Part shown: positions 46,430 to 58,145 of the stretch, in pieces | Numbering within the stretch: the first letter of the stretch is position 1 | How the letters are laid out: each line of letters opens with the position of its first letter | Assembly: GCA_964187785.1 (NCBI GenBank) | Contig: OZ076413.1 | Coordinates: forward strand, 45,200,001-45,264,000 | Source: Amphiscolops sp. MND2022 | Taxonomy: Eukaryota | DNA: 64,000 nt | Reading direction: 5' to 3' | Program-made: the position numbers and the translations under genes | The notes under the pieces: model-generated | The model's database searches: none | The model's input: the letters and a program-made list of their open reading frames with translations, nothing else | What the model was told of the DNA's origin: nothing

Positions 46430-47260
46430 CAAGATTCAATAATTTTCCAGATTTTACATCATAAACGTGTCTGCTTTTAAAAAAATCATATGATTTATAG
46501 ACACTCGCCAACTTCTAGGCCGAATTCACATTATTTTAGAGAGCCGATAAAGCAGTTACTTTTTCAAGACTGTAAGAATTGACGAAAATGTTCGATAAAT
46601 TCGGAATATATTCCACGCAGCTTTTAAAAGCTACCAGCACAGTTGTTTTGGTGGTTAGAAAGTCGCCAGTTATGGTTGGTTTTTTTCGTGCATCATGTTG
46701 GAAATCTGTCACTGCCCGGGAAAAATCTGTCACTAACAGGAGTGGTTTAAAGAAAGGTATAAGTAGAGGCGTAAGTTCTCGTTTAAACTATTACTTTCTT
46801 TTGAAAAAAACTGTCCAGGACGATAACACTAGTTGTAATTAACAATAAAACCAATACTCCAAATAAATTGAAGTCTTCAAAATCATTCAAAACTCTCTGT
46901 CCAGTAGAAATAAATTAAATTAAACTTAGTACTCAACATCATACATCGTCGTAGATATAGAAAAAAAGACAAATTAAACACGCGCCATCATCAATTTTAC
47001 AGAACCAAGACTTACATATCATTCTTTCATACATAATTAAAAACACTGACTTACATAAACAAGGGCAGCGTGGAAAAGAATAAAAGAAACTTTCCTGATT
47101 AGAAAAGATTTTCACAAACCGAAAACAAAAGTGATACGAGGACTTCAGCCTGTCCTCCTATAAGGCTATTTTTCGATACAGGTTTCCTACGTTAGGATGA
47201 GCCAATGTCGATTTCTATACAGTTTCAGACTCAGGGTATGTGATGTCGGTTTGTGGAAAT

Positions 47261-50215
47261 CTAGGACAGCCTTCCCTCTTCAATGACGGCACAGACCGCC
47301 GTTTCGACTTGGTCGTTGGTTCTTCTTAAAGATCTACAACCACGAATGCATAGAATGGAGCTGCGAAGTAGCGCAAAACTTACTTTCGTTCTGATGAACG
47401 TGATGGAATCAGCATAGCTTTCATTTCTTCGCTCACATAGTTTTGCAGCAAGGCGCCTTATGACTTTGGTAGCTGTGGGTCCTGAACCGCCAGTACCTGC
47501 AAAGATCAAGGGATTGAAACTCGCGTTCTCCACTTCAACAATTCTCTGCTCATATTTGAGTTTTTGAGTTTTTTTTGCGATTCATGGTGGGTAAAGATCG
47601 AAAAACGTCTTGCTGAATCTTGTTTCCCACAGACCGTTCACTCTAATATCCAGTCGGGCTTGATCTTCAGTGGTCGTTGTTTTGAAATCAAAGGACTCGC
47701 CTTGTAACGGCTGAAGATGCGGCTCGATCTCAACATCGTAGCAAACGTCATCCATAATTTTGGCAAAGGTGTCACGGATTGCGTCATGCCTCATATGAGT
47801 ATAACTACCTTTGGCGCAATGAAGAGCATGGGATATAGAAAAAGTTTTGCCGCACGGGCAGTTCACTGGCAAGTGCCTAGGCTACCATCCATGGTAGAGC
47901 AATGCCATCACGGAATTCTGATTTGGTGAGATTGAAGTTATAACGTTTGGTGGGTAGGGTATTAAGCCAACAAGAAGCACCTTTCTCGGATGCGAGATCT
48001 AAGGAGTACAGCTCTTCATCGGTTAGCTTCAGGCGAATAGAACTTTTTTGTGTTTTAAGTTGTCTGATTTGTCCTTTTTGAATTGATTCAGCATTTGTTG
48101 TTGAGATAGTTCACAGTCAAAGGGATCGGGGTTTTCTAAGCAAACGGAAACTGCCTTGGAGCGCTGAAACTCTTCTTCGCGACCTCTTGGAAGCATGATA
48201 TTCAGGCCACCATCGCGGACCGGCAGGGAAAAGACCTCTCGATACTTTCGTGTATCAACTCCATTTCCAATCTGATTCGGGAGAAGACTGTCTGCTATCA
48301 CCTGTTCGGATTCGTTCAAAACTAACTCACTATTAGGGGTAGTTCTTGGTAAAATTGTAAGTTGTTGTTGCACTGCGGAGGTACGACATTTGTAGACATT
48401 TTGAGGAGAAATTGTTGAATGATCAGCAAGTTTTTTCAGGATGTCACAATGCTCGCTTTTTTTCTGATCCAGGAATTTCTTGCAAGAATCACATGACCCG
48501 ATGATTGAACCTAATACCCGGAAGCCGTAAATAATTTGAACGTCAAGATCTCGGAACTTTTCTCTCGCAGATGGTATGAGATCGGGTTTCGTTATGAAAT
48601 GACATTTTGTCAAATGATAGCCAAATGAAGGACGGTGCTGTTTCAACAGCTTCAATGTCTCCGGGAGATCATTGATGCTTCCGACTGCATTTCCGTCTTC
48701 AGCGAATCATTTGTGTTCAACGCCTGGGGACAGCAGCGTATTTCATCAGAGAACGTGTACCAATACCATACATGGCCATAGCTAGCGGGTCGCCTTGTGT
48801 TGTTCCTTCGCGAGAAGTAAGTGTCTTTTTTTCCGATTAAGAGATTAGACGGTATTTTGTACGAGTTCCAAAGGGCTGTGTGAAATGATGGACAGATTTT
48901 TTCAATATTGGATAGAGCTAGCTCTCGATTCAAGCTGTTAAAGGCGTTTTTAGCATCAATTTGCAGAATTGCTTCGTTTCCGTTCGTTGAAAAGAGATCT
49001 CTTAGCGAGTGTATCGCATGTTCAATACCACTCTTCTGACCCAGACAGAGCTGACTGTTGCCACCGAGGAGTTTCAGATCGGTTTTTATACATTGGACTA
49101 TGCATCGACCGATTATACGTCTAAGCACTTCTCCGATCACGATGGGTCGGACTCCGGGGTTTTTATCGAGTGCTATCAGCCTACACGAATTGTAGCTCTC
49201 AAGGAAAGTTAGGCGTTCAGTGGCGCAAGTCGAGCAATTGTTTTGCAGAGATCAGTGGACGATGATTTGAATGTTGTCAATATTCTCCGCCATTCATTTG
49301 CATCGTGTCTTCATTGCCGCTCTTCTAACTACGGAAGCGTTGATTTTCTCAAAGATTGCTGGATGATATGCAAGTGTTTGGAATTCGGATTGATTGATGA
49401 CATAGCTGCTATTCAAGTTATTAGGAGCTGGGTGTTTTTCTTTGAGAATGTCGAGGAAACTTTTATGGCCGATTTTTTCGTTCAAATTGAGCACGCCGCC
49501 TTTGTTGCTATTCGATAAGCATTGTAATGCAATCGATAGTTCGCCCGAATGCATGTGCTTGTCAATTTTTCAAGGGGGTCATATTTGTTGGATGCCTTCG
49601 CCTTCTGGATTCTTTCTTGAATTGCTTTGGCTTCATTGAAAAGGATGTCAAGATCACATTTGATCCATGACTCGATCCGCCTGGCTAGGGTTCTGTTAAC
49701 TGATTCGTCTTGATTGCTTTTTTTATCGAGGTACTACCAAATGTTAGTAGGAAGGCCGCTGTCATGGCAGTTTCGGACAGTCCATTGTTCTCTAGTGTTT
49801 TCGAAAAAAGAGTATTGAGGGAGTCAACAATTTTCAATCCGCATTTGTTCTTGGGGATTATGAAGAAAACGGATTTCCAGTGAGCGGCTTCCTCGTACAT
49901 AAGTTTCACTTTTTCAATGTCAGACTAGGTGAGATTTGTCCAGAAATCGGCTGCTTCCTGGGTTGCGTTTGGACCATGTGCATCGGTGTTCGGCTCTGGG
50001 ATAGGATGCTCAATGACAGGTCGCTCTGGGACAGGTGGTTCACTTTGTTGACTGTCGTTGGAGCAGCATCTCTTGCATACAAAGTCGTGTATGTGGTCCT
50101 TTCCGCGTTTAAGGCTGCTACATTTTATGTGCCTATACGTTCCGCATCGATAGCACCACACGCCGTTCCGTCCGAGAAGGTTACTGCAAAATGAGCAATT
50201 TGTTTGTGTCGTCAT
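47261..50215 (-). pseudogene. RT/endonuclease ORF of the CRE-like element, with N-terminal PHD finger; many frameshifts
   Basis: 49925-50215 encodes CSFC...WCYRC...HIKC...FVCKRC (C4HC3 PHD pattern); RT and RLE pieces follow downstream in several frames. Confidence 0.75.
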
Positions 50216-50233
50216 TGGGTGTGGGAAGGCTGT

Positions 50234-50839
50234 TTATGAATCATTAATAAAAACCACTAAAGAAGCTAACATAGAAACAAAGTATTTCAGTAAAAACATG
50301 ATTTCCATAAAAAGAAAACTGAATGCCGTCACTGCAGAAACAATTGAATGTGATGTTGAGATTAAGGTCGGGGGAAAAATGGGTATGGGATACTGACATG
50401 TATTCAAGAACTGATATAAAGCGTGATTGAGAAGGGCGACTTTTTGATTTATCAATATGTTTTTAGAAGTACATACAGTTTTTGAAGCGATTATCTGCAA
50501 AGGGTTGAACTTCTGAATGATTTTTTGTAATAATACGGACCAATCGCTGACAAATGTACGTGCTTGCTCCCGATGGTCGTTGAAGCCTGCGATGATCGTA
50601 ACAGTTTTCAACCTTCTACGCGGATACTGATCTATCACTTGGCTCAGTTGCTGGAGTGTCGCCCCTCGATAGCTGTGTATGGTTGCACCAATATTTCCAG
50701 GCCTCAGATGTTCTGTTCTGGATGTCCCCAGTACCAGTGATGAGAATCTTCCAGGCAGTGCTTTCGCTTTAGACATAGACCGGACTTGCTGAAATCCCCG
50801 AAGGGCTACCCAATTGTCGATATGCCGGTGAACAATCAA
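50234..50839 (-). CDS. SGNH/GDSL esterase-like ORF1 upstream of the CRE-like RT ORF
   Basis: LVLGTS (block I), SYRGAT (block II), VTIIAGFND (block III); C-terminus probably frameshifted. Confidence 0.65.
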   Translation of the reverse strand: MIVHRHIDNWVALRGFQQVRSMSKAKALPGRFSSLVLGTSRTEHLRPGNIGATIHSYRGATLQQLSQVIDQYPRRRLKTVTIIAGFNDHREQARTFVSDWSVLLQKIIQKFNPLQIIASKTVCTSKNILINQKVALLNHALYQFLNTCQYPIPIFPPTLISTSHSIVSAVTAFSFLFMEIMFLLKYFVSMLASLVVFINDS

Positions 50840-51269
50840 AAACTATTTATTAAGTTTATCACAACAATTAGGCTCTCTGTCCAGTTGTGAAAAACTGGTC
50901 ACAGTACGTTAAAACAGTTTTTGATCGCCGCGTTTTACTTAAAATGTGCCTGATTTTTACAGTGACTAGTTTTCTTTCTGAAGACGACAGACTGTATGCG
51001 AATGGTCTACTTTTCAACAGAGTTTTTGTTCAAGCCTCATCCGTTCACGCAGCAAGAAAATTAGGACTTGACGCTTCGCATGAGGATGGCCGGCAGTTTA
51101 ATGACTGCCTCGGACTAGATATCTCTGTTGGCATGTCAAAAACTTGACGTGTCAAAAAGTCCGTCTTTTGGGTTTTCTAGTGTTTTAACATCCAATTAAA
51201 AACGTTATCCAAAACTTTTTTAATATATTCAAAAATTCAAAAATTTTTTGTAACTTTTTCCACTATATT

Positions 51270-51857
51270 TTTAGTCGGCGCATTTTATCAAATTGAGCCC
51301 GACTATTACAGTGGCAAGTTTTTTTTCTATTTTTTTTCGTCAGACCACAGAATGTATGGGTAGTGGACACTTTTTACAGAACTACTAAAAGTACTGAACC
51401 GGCAAGCGGAATCACATCTGAGTTACTGCAAAGGGTCCCCCCTTTCGTGTACTCAATTTTTAACGTAAGATACAAAACCGGACGGGACTACAGGGTCCCC
51501 CCTTTGAATTTTTTTCGGCACTGTGCGACATTTTTTTCGAGTTTTCTTGTCGCCAAACGGTCCCCCTTCAAGATTTTTGATATTTTGCAGCAAACTGAAG
51601 TTTCAAAAAGCCCAAAGGGTCCCCCTTTCTAGTTTTTCGGCACTGTGAGACTTTCAAAATTCTCATTTTTCGTTTTTTCGAAAATGTTTACAAAAAAATT
51701 TCCGAATTTTTTAATTGTCTCCTTCAATTTTTTTTGATATTTTGCAACAGACTGGATTTCCAAAAAGCTGAAAGGGTCCCCCCTTTTACAAGTTTAAAAA
51801 CTTAGCGCATTTTTGAGCCTTAGATATAGCGCCGACTTTAAACGTTCCCGTCTTGTT
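51270..51857. mobile_element. HINE-like repeat copy (same family as 15362-16050)
   Basis: TTAGTCGGCGCATTTT...GCCCGACTATTACAGTGGC start; AAAGGGTCCCCCC blocks; ends GCGCCGACTTTAAACGTTCCCGTCTTGTT. Confidence 0.6.
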
Positions 51858-51941
51858 AACTTAAGGTTTTAGTAAGTGTAATATGCAAAACATTGTACTT
51901 TGTAATGCACTTTCTAACAGACCGGGAATTGTTTCTTGATT

Positions 51942-52420
51942 TTTAGTCGACGCTTTTTCTGACAATATCCGACTATAGTCGTGGCTTTTTGTCAGTGTTT
52001 TTTGAAAAATTTTTTAAGAACCTGAAGTGACCAAAATAGTTCTACCAAAAAGTCTACAAAATTTCAAAGCTCACCTGATGGCCCAGGGAACTGAATCAAA
52101 AAGGTTTCCCGCGTAACATACAATACCGAACGAGACCAAAAGGTCCCCCCTTTAGATTTTTTCCGGCACTGTGCGACTTTTTTTCAGAAATTTTTTCTCA
52201 CTAAAGTGTCGCCTTTAAATTTTTTTGGAGTTTTGCAACAGAATGGTGTTGACAAATCCCAAAGTGTCCTTTCTTTCAGTTTATTTCGGCAATGTGAAAC
52301 TTTGTTTAAATTTTTTTTTCATAAAAGGTTCCAAATTCAACGATACTTTGAGATTTTGAAGTCCTTATGCTGTTTTTGAGCCTTCAAAATGGCGCCGACT
52401 TGGGCCGGTTCCGGCTTGTT
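51942..52420. mobile_element. Related HINE-like repeat copy
   Basis: TTTAGTCGACGC...CCGACTAT start; ends GGCGCCGACTTGGGCCGGTTCCGGCTTGTT. Confidence 0.5.
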
Positions 52421-52469
52421 TCTCCACAATATGACTTAATATGTTCCTTCAATGTGTTTTGTACACCTC

Positions 52470-52850
52470 ACAAGTTAACAAAGGAAGCGACAGTCAAAAT
52501 AGAACTTCAACACATTCTATCAGACATGGGTTTATCCGGCAAAGGTTGATTGCATATGCGATTCAATGTTTTTACAACTAGTTCAGGCGTTGTAAACTTA
52601 CACCCACCAAAAGGAACACATTGGGTAGTGTTTGTTGGGGAATGGTACTTTGACTGTAATGGTTGTCCATGTCCACTTTCCGTGCTTAAGTGAATCAAAT
52701 GCGAACTCAATCATTTCTTCTATTCCGAGAATCAGATTCAAAAACAAGATTTAATATGTATTTTTCACATCCTTGGTCTGACACGCGAAATGAGTTTTAA
52801 AAATGCAGTTTTAAATTTGCAACATCGTACTTTGGAAAAGATTCGAAAAA
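52470..52850 (+). pseudogene. Polinton/Maverick (adenain-like) cysteine protease relic, not in the ORF track
   Basis: Manual translation GVVNLHPPKGTHWVVFVGEWYFDCNGCPCP..*...FYSENQIQKQD matches the adenain GxHW / FDSxG / Q pattern; in-frame stops are present and the catalytic Cys region is damaged. Confidence 0.7.
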
Positions 52851-54807
52851 TAATTTTTCTACTATCAAATGAAACCTAAAAAGAACATTAACTGTTTAAT
52901 GCAATTCCAATCACGATATTACAATCATCACGACCAAAACTGAAACTAGATACCAGATCAAAAAAATCTATCTTCAAAAAACCAAAACCTAAACCAAATA
53001 CGCCTAAAAAAGAAAATCAGGGCGTTCTTAACAAAACTGCTGCTAGTGGTTTGAAAGAATTTTGAAAAAAAATATATCTAGTAGGAATTGGATATATCAA
53101 ATTCTGTAACTTATGACGCTAAATAATCTTTTGTTTGAAGTGTTGCAAAATCTAATCTACAAAAATCATAGAACACCTATTCGAACCCCAAGAAATATCA
53201 GAATTTAAGATGAATAAACAAAAAAATCATTCGTATATGGTACAACAGATTCTTTCGACAGACAAGCAACTTGAACAATTGGAACTCACTCCACAATTTA
53301 TGTCAAAGATTGAAGATTCCTAATGAACCCATGACTTCTCATTCTCAATCCTGGACAAAGTTCGCATCACATTTTTTGGAACTTCTGGAATGCTCATTTC
53401 TTGAGCAAACGAAACTTACCAGAAACGCTTGCAGGAAAAAGAACAAGTTGCTCCAGCACCTAAACCACCCACAGCTACACACACATCCAATATCAAACAA
53501 AAACTATGTTGGTTGATATGAAATTTCTAGAGTTTAAAAATATTGACTTACCTATTGAAAATGAGAAAATGATTATCTTGAAATTACACTCCAACCAAGA
53601 GTGTGACTTCCCGAAATACCCGCCGAATTACCGAAATATAATCTTGACGCAGGAACAAAATGTCACTTTTTTTACTTGTTACAATTTTTATTGCATTTTT
53701 TCCAATGGTACACATTTTCTAGTACCAGGAGAAAAAATGACAATTATTGTTATGTCAATTCATTTTTGAACAGCCCTGTGTGTGTTTCTACTAAATTTTT
53801 TGGCCACACAAGCTTTGTAGAAGCAACGCACTGATAGACTTGCATTCTTGTGGAAAGCTGTTTTTTTTCTAATTTAATTTCCGAGAAAAGTCAAGATTCA
53901 ACATTATGCTAAATTATATCGTGACAGAACATTTTCCATTGCTTAACGGCATCGTATCTTGTTGAAATTTCAACAGAGCAATTATATTGAGCGACGAAAC
54001 AAAAATGTAGTGGTTAAAAGAAGTAAATTGAATTAAGTGATGATCATTTGAAGTTCGAAACTAGAGTGCTGAATTCTTAATGCTCGAAACAGCATTGTGA
54101 TTAAGTAATCGCGATTAAGTTATCATCAGCTATATAAACTTTTGTCCAATAATACAAGGATCTAGATAGCATTTTAGGATGATTCTGTCAGTAATAAGAT
54201 TTCTCAATAAATAATCTCGATCAAAAATCAAAAAAAAATTAAAAATGAGGGAAATGGGCAGGTCCTCTTACACAAGGGTCGTTTTCACCCTTGACAATCT
54301 TCACATATCCCTTCATGCCCCAATCCACGCCAAAACTGTTTTTAACCAACCAGTAATTTCCACCAATGGGGTCAGTTCCGTATCCAACAATAAGTGCCGC
54401 AAAATTCCTCTCTTTTGGGTGCCTGAAATTGTTCTCTTTCGATTATTCGAATTGAAAATTAATGAGAAGTCACTGAAATCATAACTAATTTTTCCGGGTA
54501 TTCCCACACTTGATGGTGTCTTTGGTGACATTTCACTCCGGATCAGTTTGCAAATTGTTTGAGATTTTTTTTGATCTCTTGGAGTTTTGTACAAATAACA
54601 TAGTTAGTTTCTTTTTGAAATATACAAACGGCAAATGGAAAAAATTGCGTTCTTCAAAAATATTTCATCGAAGGGTTTTGTCGCGCAGCTTCATTGGTCT
54701 TTGGCCCAGTATGCATTGAAAAAAGTACTTCGGCTCTTTCAGGACCTAAGATCAACCAAAAAGCCATTTTTGAACAAACGAAAACTTGCAAGAAAAATGT
54801 TTCCAAC

Positions 54808-55399
54808 TGTCGTAAGCACGGCTGTCCGGTAACGTGAATCCGTCCTTCTGACGATCACCAAGTGTCTTACTCTTCAAGTTGTTTCTAGACTCCACATTAC
54901 GCAGAACTTCGGAATATCCTTCCGGTCTCTCAGGTGGAACGTTCCATCTCTCTCTGGTCATATGTCCAGATTCGGTCATAAGGGCATTTTGAATCTGGGG
55001 AAGTACTTGATTGCTTATAGCCTCACTTATAGCTCTTTGAATCTGAACACTAACGCTATTCATCATCTCATCCATCTCCCGTGATATGCGGGAATTTAAT
55101 TCACTCGACAATCTGTTGATCTCGGCGTTAGAACTATCTCTAACTGAGTTCTGGCCTAGTTCGGCATTCGGATCAGGTCCATCGTTTCTAGAGTTAGACG
55201 ACCTATTTTCGTCCTCATTTTCAAATTCGTCATCAAAAAGACTACCTGGTCTTCTGGCCTGGTTACTATTTAAACTTTCACTTCTTTCATTCCTATTGAA
55301 ATGATTTCCTCCAAGCATTATGTCTAAGTTCTCAATGTCTGATAACATTTCTGCTTCTCTTGATTTTCTTGCTTTCTTCTGCTTCCTTGTGGTAGGCAT
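54808..55399 (-). CDS. Gag N-terminal segment encoded inside the LTR of element 2, truncated at the LTR end
   Basis: MPTTRKQKKARKSRE...coiled-coil EINRLSSELNSRISREM...RAYD; same arrangement as 43751-44309 in element 1. Confidence 0.65.
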
Positions 55400-56599
55400 T
55401 TAGATAGAAAGTCCGAGGTAAATATTGAATTATTATTTTCGGAAAATAAGAGTCAACTGTTTGGTACAAACGTATTACACTTGTGTCTTCCTCAGGAGTG
55501 AGACTCGTATATATACTCTCTGAGGTATGACTTTTACAAAAGGAATTCACAAATAGTTTTCAAGCATTCCAATTGGGACACGGGACTAAGGATTTTAGCG
55601 GGAAATTCACTGCAATCTCCAGTTTTCCGGCTCGATTGGGAAATTCCTAGCATTCTACAATTACAACTGTTTATTCATCAAAGGCGGCATCAAAATATTC
55701 ACTAGTGTATCAAGTGGATCTTCTGTCCATCAAAGGAACAAGCACTCATCAGGAATCTAAACAACATTACACACATTCTTTTCAGGCACGTGCCGCCACG
55801 TGACCTGAAATAAGCTCTGTAATGGTGTGAAGCACATCATGTTATTAGGCCCAATACGGTCAATTATCACGTTAATAATTATATACGTTAATCAACCGAT
55901 TAGCCCCAAATGTATGTACTACTTCACTTTTCAAAGGAATGCAACAACTTCAATGGCCGGAAATAGCCGGTTAACTAATAGGCGAGCACTAATGAAATAT
56001 GGCCTTGAGGGCCTAGTAAAAGGTTGAGTATTAAGACGAAGCATCAGTTATGGAAAGAAATCTGGCTATTATGAAAGTACAAATACAACAAACATAACTT
56101 GTTTCATGTTAAATTATCACCTTATTTCAGCTTTGAACGAAAGGGACGAAACCGGCCATTTGACCAGTATATTAAAAGAGAATATTAAAAGCACGGCAAC
56201 TGGCCTTACTCGGCCATTAATTAAATAGCATCAACAAGCGAGATTACATACTGCGATATGATTGGCTGAGATAACGTGCTCAAGTGACGCTACCGGCATA
56301 GCTCCGTACGTCACTTGAACACGTTTCCTATACTGTCTTACAGTCGCTATTGCTTGCAATTATCGCATCAATTCTAACTATACAATAACTTGATTTGGAT
56401 TGCTCCAATTGTACTACTTTTAACAGACTAATCAATGTAACTGAATTAACAGAAATACAAGAGAGTGTTTTGTTACAAAACGTTAGCATAATAGTTTAAA
56501 GATTCCAGCTTCAGAAAATTGGTAGGGTACCTGGTGCCGTTTCCTGACCTGCGGATGTCGTTGTAATCCTTGTACCGTCACAGGCGGCAGCCTGCGACA
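54808..56599 (-). repeat. Putative 3' LTR of element 2 (~1.79 kb)
   Basis: Termini TGTCG...CGACA; size and position relative to ORF X and the gag start mirror element 1. The partner LTR is outside the window. Confidence 0.7.
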
Positions 56600-57299
56600 C
56601 TGCGGGAACGACAAAAAGTAAACTGCCCGCGTTCAGCCCGTTGATATAAGCTTCGCGTCTTAACTTTGTAATGTGCTCCGGTTCGTCCCGCGGTGTTGAC
56701 CTCTCCATATACCAGTTGACTTTCTCGTCTTTTATGTCATCTATGGACCTGCCACACACCAGACATCCTGTACAGCGCACTTTGCTGATATCCTCGTAGG
56801 GTTGCGTGTTTTGCACGTGATAAGAGGCATGAAATTCGCTCGCAAAGGATTGTACTAAGGGAGTGTCATTGCTTGGTCCTTTCTCGTGTTCCGGCGGCGA
56901 CATTGGAGACTCCGGTACTGGCAGCAGCGTCTTGCATAGCTCAATTCGCGTCTTCTCCACTCTCTTGGGTGGGGCGTAGCATCTCTCATGGTCAAAATAT
57001 CTTTGGTCCATTTTGTGGGTAATGCCCTTGTGCGGTTGTGCACTGCTTGGACCAGCTACCATGTGTTCCTCTTCGAAGTCGTCCGTGGTCATGATTCTGC
57101 CTCCTATCAGCATAGGGCTTGAAGTCACTTCTTTCTCTATTCTCGCGATGAGCTGCTCTGTGTCCGTGGAACAATCCGTCTCCCATCCTTCTGAGAGATC
57201 GTCGTCGCTACTTGATATGTAGATCACTGAAGCCTCAGACTCATCCGAGCTATCTCCGTCGAAGTCAAATAATTTTCTTGCCAAGTTGTATTTAGACAT
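56511..57299 (-). CDS. Accessory ORF X of element 2 (~262 aa from the ATG at 57299)
   Basis: VIYISSSDDD; CTGCLVCGRSIDDI...RREAYINGL, homologous to 41549-42511; last 89 nt lie inside the putative LTR. Confidence 0.78.
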   Translation of the reverse strand: MSKYNLARKLFDFDGDSSDESEASVIYISSSDDDLSEGWETDCSTDTEQLIARIEKEVTSSPMLIGGRIMTTDDFEEEHMVAGPSSAQPHKGITHKMDQRYFDHERCYAPPKRVEKTRIELCKTLLPVPESPMSPPEHEKGPSNDTPLVQSFASEFHASYHVQNTQPYEDISKVRCTGCLVCGRSIDDIKDEKVNWYMERSTPRDEPEHITKLRREAYINGLNAGSLLFVVPAVSQAAACDGTRITTTSAGQETAPGTLPIF

Positions 57300-58145
57300 T
57301 ATGATTTTCTTTGCAATTTTTGAAACTTGTGAGTCGACTGAACGGTGAGGAGATTCAAATTCAAATAAGTTTACCAACTCCCGCCTCAAGACGAGTCGGG
57401 TAATTTTCCGGGAGACTCGTTTCGGCGGTAGAATCTTAGGTTATTTAGCCTTATCTGTCGTAAACTTTTATGAATGGGATTTCCAGCGGCGGTTAATCCT
57501 TTGAAACTTAGGTAGAAACCCCCCATCTTCGTCTTCTCAAGTGGGTAGTCAGAGAGGTGTTAAGTTGACAACAACAAATAATTCCGCTTTCAAGTAGGTA
57601 ATTAACATCAAGCTTGGTAGTAATTAACGGCATGCGTCAGGTGAAACCTACTAAAATGGCTTCAGCCAATCAAATTTGAGCTTCGATAAATTCGAAAAAT
57701 GAATAGTAAAGATGGCGGAAAATAATAATTTTGAATAACCAAAATGGTGAAAATTCAGCTAAGATAATTAGGGTAACTGGACAAACCGGCAAAACAAACG
57801 AGGGTAAACGGCCGTAACCGGCCTCTAGCTAAATAAGTTGCAACTAACAATGTTCTTTGTACATTTCGCTGGCAGACTCCATGTACATTTTAAATATGTA
57901 AATAATCAAATAATATTAGTCTGGTAATTTCTTCAGCCACGAACTCCAACTTTCTCCCTTTTAATTGTTACATTATTTGATTCATCTACCATTCATTCCT
58001 TACTCTCTTCATTATTTTCCTTTGTCTACAACTCCAGTTTCTGCATTTACTGGATTCGCTCATAGTTTCATTGCCAGCGTTGCCTCTACGCAGATCCCCG
58101 ATTTCTTCTTCTCCTTTTGTCCGTATCCAGCTGTTCAATCCGGTC

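Larger units (their letters stand above)
46930..50870 (-). mobile_element. Decayed CRE-like non-LTR retrotransposon (RT plus C-terminal restriction-like endonuclease); boundaries approximate
   Basis: Fragmented ORFs: IGEVLRRIIG, QLCLGQKSGIEHAIH, IDAKNAFNSLNR, LPVRDGGLNI, CPCG..FSISHALHC..G..THMRHDAIRD, RLDIRVNGLW, FNPLIFAGTGGSG. Confidence 0.8.
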
